NCBI GenBank assembly: GCA_964057225.1
Contig: OZ059896.1
Location: 7,936,001 to 8,000,000 of the forward strand
Length of the DNA: 64,000 bases
Source of the DNA: Auanema rhodensis
Lineage: Eukaryota > Animalia > Nematoda
Direction of reading: 5' to 3'
Position 1 is the stretch's first letter. Each line of letters begins with the position of its first letter. Below the pieces are notes generated by a model, which had not been told where the DNA came from, ran no database searches, and saw only the letters and a list, made by a program, of their open reading frames with translations. This document shows positions 1 to 7,000 of the stretch, in pieces. Both the position numbers and the translations under genes were made by a program.

Positions 1-1
1 T

Positions 2-1846
2 GGTTGTCGTCGGAATCCGAGTCGTATAGCTTATAGTTGTCTCCTGAACTAGTGAAGCGGGTTTGTCCGTTGTTGTCGTTAATGACAGTCTTCTAGTCAG
101 ATAAGGCGGTGTTTCAATATCCTCTAACAGTGGTAAAAATGTTTTTATAAGTAGCTGGCGTGTATCCGCGCTTGGGGTTTGAATGCGAGGGTGGGGGCCC
201 ATCGATATACCGTAGTTAGAATCTTTATCTCGATATAGTTTGTTGGTATCTGGCACATTGATTGTTAATTGTCGGAACTTTTCATCATCTACGGCTGCTG
301 CTGTTTTATTTGGCCTTATTACTCGCAATGTCATCAAGTTATGGTATAAGTAAAGTGTATTTCTAAGTACTATACGCTCATCAGCATTGTCAGTTGTTAA
401 AGTTGGTCGGATAGGCGGCATGTTCACAAAGGATTTTAAAACCTCTTGCCTTGATGGTACCGACAGATTGTTTTCAAATATTACCGGTGTATAAGCTAGC
501 TCCATCGCTATGCTTTCGGCTCTTTCGCGGTAGGATCCGTCCTTTTCTAGTAGTTTTTCGTCAAATTCGTGTGCTGTTAATCTGTCACCTATCTGTTCTA
601 ATAATTGTTTTGAGGTTAAATACCGTATAGCGCCGCGAGTGGTTGCTGCCAGTTCCTTTTGCGCAAGAAAATAAAGTATTGCTTCCTCAGGGTCGTGTAT
701 TTCGTATGTTTGAAGGAAACGTTGTATGGATTTATCAGATACGGGACTTCTTAAGAAGAAATAAAACTTCTCGGGATGTGCTGAAACCCAATCAATAATT
801 GAATATGAAGGGTTGACAGCTCGTCTGGCCTTTATAAGCGGTATTATCTGATAAATACCAGGATTACTCATCACCGGTCGTAAGAAAGGATAAGGACAAA
901 TATTTAATATTAAAGTTTCAAAATCTTCCTGTTTTTGTATCCACTCCTTGTTTAATTCAACCGTGCATTCCGCAATTGCTCTTTTATCTCTTTTCGCCGG
1001 AAGTTTCTTATATTCTCTCTCTATTAAAACATGGATATTGGTGTCATTTGGGTACTGTGGTAAGAGAATGTAATTGCCAGTTGTGGTGTGGAAGATTGGC
1101 TGTTTAAAACAAGAAGATATTTGCTTCGGTATCTCTTTTTGATCGATTACAAGGGCTGATTGAGTGGTTGGTAACAGAATAATGCCGTCTCCAATTATCA
1201 CATCATATTCACTCATGTCGATATAGTTGCATCGATATTCATAAGGCTGTTTCTCCCATATGATGATTGAGGTATCTGATGCACATTCTCCATGATGCGC
1301 TAAGCATCCTTCAGTATTTAGTATTAAATTGGAGATTATAGTTTCATCTGGCATCCGTGTCATAACCCCTTTTTCGATAACCAATCTGGCTTTCTCTTCA
1401 CATAGTTCATTATTAAAAGATCGGCCTGGCGAGAAGGAAGGCTCGTCAGTTGCATATGTTATGCTGTCGATCTTCTTTAATTCACTCCAATTCCATCTTC
1501 TATCTCTCACTGCCAGTCTGCATTCTGCAGCTGGTATCTTTTCAATTCTCGCTATCGTTGTATTGGTATCTCTAAGGAACAAAAGGTCTCTGATACACAT
1601 TTTATGAATTTCTTTGGAGCATCTCCATGCATCCCATTCATGTGCCGTTTGATTCCTTGTATAAAGATGAACTTTTGTTCGTAAGATATGCTTTATTGGT
1701 GGTAATAAGCATTTTCGGAGAGATGGGGGACGGAGAAGGGCTCCTCCAGTAGCTTTAGTACATAGCTGGTATGCTTCAGCTGTTGTAACCAGTGATAAGA
1801 TTACTGATAAAGCTACGGCTAAAGTCAAAGGAGATATCAGAGTCAA
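2..1846 (-). other. env: Envelope glycoprotein domain (class III fusogen-like) with internal signal peptide and furin site
   Basis: Signal-like LTLISPLTLAVALSVILSLVTTAEA|YQLC (1772-1846). AWRCSKEIHKMC...IPAAECRLAV and GCLAHHGECASDTSIIIW...C echo rhabdovirus G Cys/Trp spacing. R-D-K-R at 980-991, N-glycosylation sequons (NQT, NWS, NDT, NLS, NKT), Thr-rich stretch at the window edge. Confidence 0.78.
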
Positions 1847-3892
1847 ATTATTGACTCTTGAGCCTCTACCTCTGCCTCTATTGTTGTTATTTCCCCTAAA
1901 GGTACTGTTATTTCTCTGTCTATTATTGCTCATTTCTTGATTTTGTGATGCATTATGGCTTCTTTGATACCCATTTTGATTTTGATTCTGATAATTTCGA
2001 CCGCGGTCACCAAAATTGCGGTTCCTAGCAAATGGGTTTTGGAAATTCCAGCCTTTTTGATTTTTTGAAAATTTATGATAATTTTGATTGTTTTGAAAGT
2101 TTGGATGATAATTGTTACAATTATTATAATTTTGATAATTTTTATTATTAAAAGATTGATAACCTCTTGCCATACCTCTCCCACCATTGTTTCTGCGCGG
2201 GGGGAAAGTTCTTTCAATTGCGTTAACCAATAGCGCCTGAGGGTCTGCTACTTGGTTTGCAATTGATTCCTCCCAGCGAGCACTATCAACAGCCTCAGCA
2301 AAAGTTTTGGGTTTTGCTCGAATTACCCCTGGGCGTATCGTATTTTTCAAGCCTCTCAAAAATGTGGACCTCAGAATGTGATCTTTATGAGTATCACTAT
2401 TAGAGAAAGCATTTAAGCTGAGGTTTCTTAACGTTTGTGCAAAACCATCAATTGATAAATCGCCTTGAGTGCTGTTTTGAAGTGTGATAAGGGCAGGGTC
2501 TTGATTGTATTCGGGACACAGCTTGGATGTTAACTCTTCTATTAGGGTAACCCAAGGTCCAGCTGTTCTGACCTTGTCAGGTAGCTCTAAATAAGCTTCC
2601 TCTGCTCTATCATTTTTCAATAGTAATGGTAAAATAGTTAGTCTTTCGGGCATCACTAAGCCTAAGGCGTTAGAAAAGGTATTAAACTTTGCCACGAAAT
2701 CTCTAAAGTTACGACTTCCGTCGTATATGGGGCAGTAAGGTGAGCTTAATGCGTGCGCAATGGTAGATTTACCAGCTCCCGGAAGACGTGGTGTCTCCGT
2801 CATGGTTGGTATATCCTCAGGGTATGTGCGAGATGACGTAATCCCTTTACTGCCTGAGCTTCTCGCCGTTAAATTCTTACCTCCCTTTTTCGAGTTACCA
2901 GATGTTGGATAACTAATGGTAGGGGCGGCTGAGGAGAACCGCTTCCCTGGGAGTTTGATAATTCGACTCGTTGCCTGAGGCGTCGAATGTATTGATACGC
3001 TTGAGCTGGGTATAGCGCTATCTGACTTATTAAGGGTTGGGTTGGAGGATACGTGAAGAGAGTTATCAACTTGTTCTGTTGTTACCTCCCCTGGAGACAA
3101 ATTCAAAACTTTTATTAAGCGAGCTGTTAAAGATTTCTTACTTTTGAACTTATCAGTAGTTAGTGATAAGGGCAAAACTTCGGTAATTTCCTGATTTGGT
3201 TCTACGGGATTATTAGAGGTTGAGCGCCTACGCGGTGTATTAGTTTTTCTTTTATTAATCTTTTTAGAATCAAGCTTTTTCGAATCAAGCTTATCAGTGA
3301 TAACTGATAAGGGTGATTTGCGAATAGTGAGAGATGAGGTTTTATTAAGTTGTGAGTTTTCTATCGGAGTGGAAAATGCCTGCGGTGTTAGAGTTAGTTC
3401 AAAAGAAGATGCAAGATCGTTATCAGTATTAACTGATAAAGTTGATAAGTTTAGGTGGGGGGTGGCTGGTGAAGTATTAGAGGTTATTTGTTTTGGTTTT
3501 TGAATTTTTTGAATCTTCTTATTACTTTTAAAAGAGTGTACCTTTGGAGTTGAAGCTGAAGTTTGAATATTGTAGTCCTGAATATAGAAATCAGGGTCCT
3601 CCTCGGTGTTGTCCGGAGGTGAATACGTGCCTTCTCGAGGAATGAAGGTTTTCTCGACTTTGGGTTTTACCTCTTGTTCAGGCTCTTCAATCTGAACACT
3701 GAGGAGTCGAGTGCGGCTTCTGGTTCGACTGGCGACTGCGATGTCGTCACTGGACTCAGAAGGGTATAGAGCAGGGACGGCCGAAGAGTATCTTCGTGCC
3801 ACTTTGGAATCACTCTTGGTTCGGAAAAACCGCGAGTGTTTCGTTATATGGGGGATGTTGACGTTGAATGAGTGACAAGAAATTCGGGTCGG
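2..3892 (-). CDS. Gag-Env polyprotein (partial, continues beyond window start; pro-pol expected downstream)
   Basis: Translated by hand for 2-2460 and 3782-3895; 2461-3781 checked against the open copy at 45480-46840. No stop from the TAA at 3893-3895 to position 2. Order: S/T/P/K-rich N-terminus; first Met at 2803 (MTETPRLP); capsid-like PIYDGSRNFRDFVAKF...FLRGLKNTIRPGVIRAKPKTFAEAVDSARWEE; N/Q/RG-rich tract; hydrophobic signal; Cys-rich glycoprotein. True start codon uncertain. Confidence 0.85.
2260..2803 (-). other. gag: Gag capsid-like domain within the polyprotein
   Basis: Motifs P-x-YDG-x3-F-x2-F-x3-F and FLRGL...P.TFAEAV..A resemble Ty3/Gypsy capsid (Retrotrans_gag-type) motifs. Recognised by eye, no HMM run. 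Confidence 0.8.
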
Positions 3893-4217
3893 TTATAGGA
3901 AAAGTAAGAAACGTTTGAAGATTGAGACGTGGCGTCTTTCGCCGAGAATCGTTATTAGATGAGAAAGAGTTTTAAAATCTTGGCCTGAGATCTGGCTCCG
4001 CCTATCTACCGTATTCTCTTTTCTTTATTCTATTTCACAGATGTTCATCAATTATAAATTTTGTTGGTCTTCGCTCTTTCTAGCCTCAATCTTAATACTT
4101 TACTCTAATTGAATTCTTGAAAGTATGAGAGAGATTTTCAGTCGTTTTATGTCCCCTTTTTATGCATAAGAATCTTTATATTTGTAGAGCTGAAAAAAAA
4201 AAAAAATAAATCAAAGA

Positions 4218-4751
4218 ATGGCTTATGAAGGTCTATCGGGAATGACTTTTGTCTTGAGGAAGCTGTACGCTGACCTCGTCTTGTATGATCAAGACGAAGT
4301 GTTAGCTTATAGGCCGCACCCAGACATAATTAAGATGGTTGGTTAAAACAAAGAAACATGTTATCTTAATAAGAATTTTTAGTTTATTGAGGATTTAAAG
4401 ATGCATTATCTGGGAAGGGGATTAGTAAACTTCTCCCTAATGCAGGAAATAGCGGATGAGGTTGCAGCTATCCGGCGATGGTGCCTCACCGACTTGTGCG
4501 CGCATTGGTATGAAAACCCAAATCTGGTCGCATCCCCTTGGAATTGGTATGAGCATAAGTCTCATGATTTTTATGATTATATGTCTAAAATTTTGTTTAA
4601 AATTTATTTATTTTATGAACAGTCTCCTATGGGCTTATTGCTAAGGACCTCTGCGGATTCAGTGTATTCGCAGTATTTAGAGCCTAGCGATGAGCCCATC
4701 TCACAGCCTATAGAATTTGTGAGACAGTTGCATTTTAAATGGGGCTTTTAA
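4218..4751 (+). CDS. Antisense two-exon accessory gene (162 aa hypothetical protein) inside the retroelement leader; exons 4218-4337 and 4383-4751
   Basis: ATG at 4218 follows an in-frame TGA. A 45-nt AT-rich intron GTTGGT...TTTTTAG (4338-4382) joins MAYEGLSG...DIIKM in frame to FIEDLK-MHYLGRG... (track ORF 4401-4751). AATAAA at 4768-4773, followed by a pyrimidine/T tract. Confidence 0.68.
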
Positions 4752-5716
4752 CAATTGTTTTATATATAATAAATACTTAATTTCACTCATTTGTTCTCTC
4801 TCTCTTTTTTTTTTTTCATAACACAAACTTTGGTCGAGCTTATTAATAAAGAAGGAGTGCGTGCGCCTTGGGAAAATGGCTCATGTGCACGTTGATTATT
4901 AAAAGCCGTGGGCGATTCTTTTTCGGAATGATTTTGGCATGCTAATGAGATTCCGAGAATATTTAAAAAGATTGCTCATTTTACTAATGGACTGAGACCA
5001 AAGCTCGTTTATAAAACGCAATTTTTTCTTTAAACCATTCTACTAATTTATAGAATATTACAATATGAATACTACGGTAGGTGTGTGGGAATATCTTATG
5101 ATGTTAGCAACAAAAATGAGCTGAGGAAGGTGACACATTCTACGGAGAAGAAAACATCCGTAGCCCATGTGCTTTCGCCAAAATGACCTGACAGGCAATA
5201 AAATTTGTGCCAGGATTTTTCGGACTAGTGTGGTCTATTCTCACAATCAAAAAAAAATAAAAACCGAATAACGGCTCCCGCAAAAATATTTAGTTAGCAT
5301 GCTCTTTTACGCCTGAATTTAACTTTCAAATCTCTAGTCCTGACCACAATAAAATATTAAACTTTGTGCGCTTTCAAAATTTCATTCTAACTCCTCGTTG
5401 CCAAATAATAATATAATCAAAATTTCGTTTGGTGAAATTGTCCCCTATTTCGATCCAAACGTCCTCAAAAAAAATGCAAGAGAAGCGGTGCAGAATACGG
5501 TATTATAAGGGTGGACACTCAGACGGTTTTATGAGTGGGGACAGCGGGTGAAATTTCAAAATTATATAGTCCTAGCTCTCTAAAAGAGAGATCCCTTGTA
5601 CTTGCACCTTATACAAGTTGGCGCCCTCATTATGTTGCTAACCGTGGAGGAAGTTTTAATTTAGATATCAAAATATGGACTTTTTATGCGAGTTTTTGCG
5701 ACAAAAATGAGTTCGA

Positions 5717-5729
5717 GGTGGAACCTCCA
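5717..5729 (-). promoter_or_regulatory. Primer-binding site for tRNA-Gln
   Basis: Minus strand TGGAGGTTCCACC is the reverse complement of the conserved animal tRNA-Gln 3' end GGTGGAACCT+CCA and directly abuts the LTR end. Confidence 0.85.
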
Positions 5730-6095
5730 CGTTCCATTATGCTCCTACGTATATTGAACAGACCATTGTAGTCTGCTCAACTACGCGTATAGTATTCCAT
5801 AAGTGTAGCGGTATGGAAACAGAGCATAAGGATTACATAAGATAAGGAAATATATAGGTTTATTATACACAATACAATATCATTACAATACAATAACACA
5901 AGGATAAAGTAAACTACACTTACAAGACAAAGACTAATATATAAGATTAACTAAGTTAGATGCAAACCGTCCATGGGCTTGCAAAGGGGCGAACTCCCGA
6001 ATAGGGGCATGAGGGAAGGCGGTGCCATTCCTCATTCCTCTAGTCGGTCTGGCTCTAACCCTGCAGTTACATATATAGAGTCTCCGAATGGAACG
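5730..6095 (-). repeat. 5' LTR (366 bp)
   Basis: Bounded by the perfect inverted repeat CGTTCCATT (5730-5738) / AATGGAACG (6087-6095). One end abuts the PBS, the other the array spacer. Minus-strand AATAAA at 5859-5864. The second LTR is not in the window. Confidence 0.78.
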
Positions 6096-6160
6096 GTAGT
6101 TTTAGTTGTCTCTTGTATGTTAGTTTCTACTATGAAATATGCGAATACGATATATTCGTA

Positions 6161-6233
6161 GCTTCCGTAGCGCAGTAGGCAGCGCGTCAGTCTCATAATC
6201 TGAAGGTCGTGAGTTCGAGCCTCACCGGGAGCA
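6161..6233 (+). tRNA. tRNA-Met(CAT), elongator; first copy, representative of the array
   Basis: Cloverleaf: acceptor GCTTCCG/CGGGAGC+A, D-stem GCGC/GCGC, anticodon arm TCAGT-CTCATAA-TCTGA, T-arm GTGAG-TTCGAGC-CTCAC. G1:C72, TTC T-loop and T31/T39 indicate eukaryotic elongator Met. No encoded CCA. Confidence 0.96.
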
Positions 6234-6236
6234 ATC

Positions 6237-6241
6237 TTTTT
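6237..6241 (+). terminator. Pol III oligo-T terminator (present after each tRNA copy)
   Basis: A T4-T5 run begins 3 nt after the discriminator (GCA-ATC-TTTT[T]) and is followed by a second T4. Confidence 0.75.
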
Positions 6242-6927
6242 CGTTTTCCTCGATTTAATCTGATACAAAAGATATTCTTTCATTTTTATAGTTTTGGTTG
6301 TCATTGTATGTTCGTAGCTACTAAGAAATATGCGAATACGATATATTCGTAGCTTCCGTAGCGCAGTAGGCAGCGCGTCAGTCTCATAATCTGAAGGTCG
6401 TGAGTTCGAGCCTCACCGGGAGCAATCTTTTTCGTTTTCCTCGATTTAATCTGATACAAAAGATGTTATTTCATTTTTGTAGTTTTGGTTGTCTCTTGTA
6501 TGTTAGTTTCTACTAAGAAATTTGCGCACACGCTTTATTCGTAGCTTCCGTAGCGCAGTAGGCAGCGCGTCAGTCTCATAATCTGAAGGTCATGAGTTCG
6601 AGCCTCACCGGGAGCAATCTTTTCCGTTTTCCCAGATTTATTCTGATACAAAAGATGTTATTTCACTTTTGTAGTTTTGGTTGTCTCTTGTATGTTAGTT
6701 TCTACTATGAAATATGCGAATACGATATATTCGTAGCTTCCGTAGCGCAGTAGGCAGCGCGTCAGTCTCATAATCTGAAGGTCGTGAGTTCGAGCCTCAC
6801 CGGGAGCAATCTTTTCCGTTTTCCCAGATTTATTCTGATACAAAAGATGTTATTTCATTTTTGTAGTTTTGGTTGTGTCTTGTATGTTAGTTTCTACTAT
6901 GAAATATGCGAATACGATATATTCGTA

Positions 6928-7000
6928 CCTTCCGTAGCGCAGTAGGCAGCGCGTCAGTCTCATAATCTGAAGGTCGTTACTTCTAGCCTCACCGGGAGCA
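6928..7000 (+). pseudogene. tRNA-Met copy with disrupted T-arm/B-box (same allele near 7121, 9424, 10192)
   Basis: GTTACTTCTAGC replaces GTGAGTTCGAGC, breaking T-stem pairs and the GTTCRA B-box. This copy also has G1>C. Confidence 0.8.

Larger units (their letters stand above)
1..6095 (-). mobile_element. Env-containing Ty3/Gypsy (Metaviridae) LTR retroelement, NERV-like; 5' part only (3' part outside window)
   Basis: On the minus strand: LTR with 9-bp terminal inverted repeat, adjacent tRNA-Gln PBS, long leader, then a continuous gag-env ORF running off the window start. The LTR end abuts the tRNA-array spacer at 6095/6096. Confidence 0.88.

Noticed and set aside
1329-3503. Short track ORFs 1329-1607(+), 1930-2217(-), 2869-3069(-), 3297-3503(+)
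   Set aside because: They are shadow frames overlapping the long Gag-Env frame, with no recognisable motifs.
5619-5626. TGGCGCCC as a tRNA-Lys-type PBS
   Set aside because: It is on the wrong strand relative to gag, short, and not adjacent to an LTR end. The 13-nt Gln PBS fits better.
5767-6071. Alternative canonical TGTA...TACA LTR boundaries
   Set aside because: The TGG that follows (TGGTCTGTTC) matches no tRNA end I recognise and is one arm of a hairpin. It would also leave 24 unexplained bp before the array. Not fully excluded without the 3' LTR.
5535-6161. Track ORFs 5535-5771(+) and 5973-6161(+)
   Set aside because: They are short, cross the PBS/LTR or LTR/array junctions, and show no coding features.
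6161-6233. Initiator tRNA-Met or tRNA-derived SINE
   Set aside because: It lacks A1:T72 and the initiator ATC T-loop. It has a perfect cloverleaf, immediate T-run, no poly(A) tail or TSD, and a tandem rather than dispersed arrangement.
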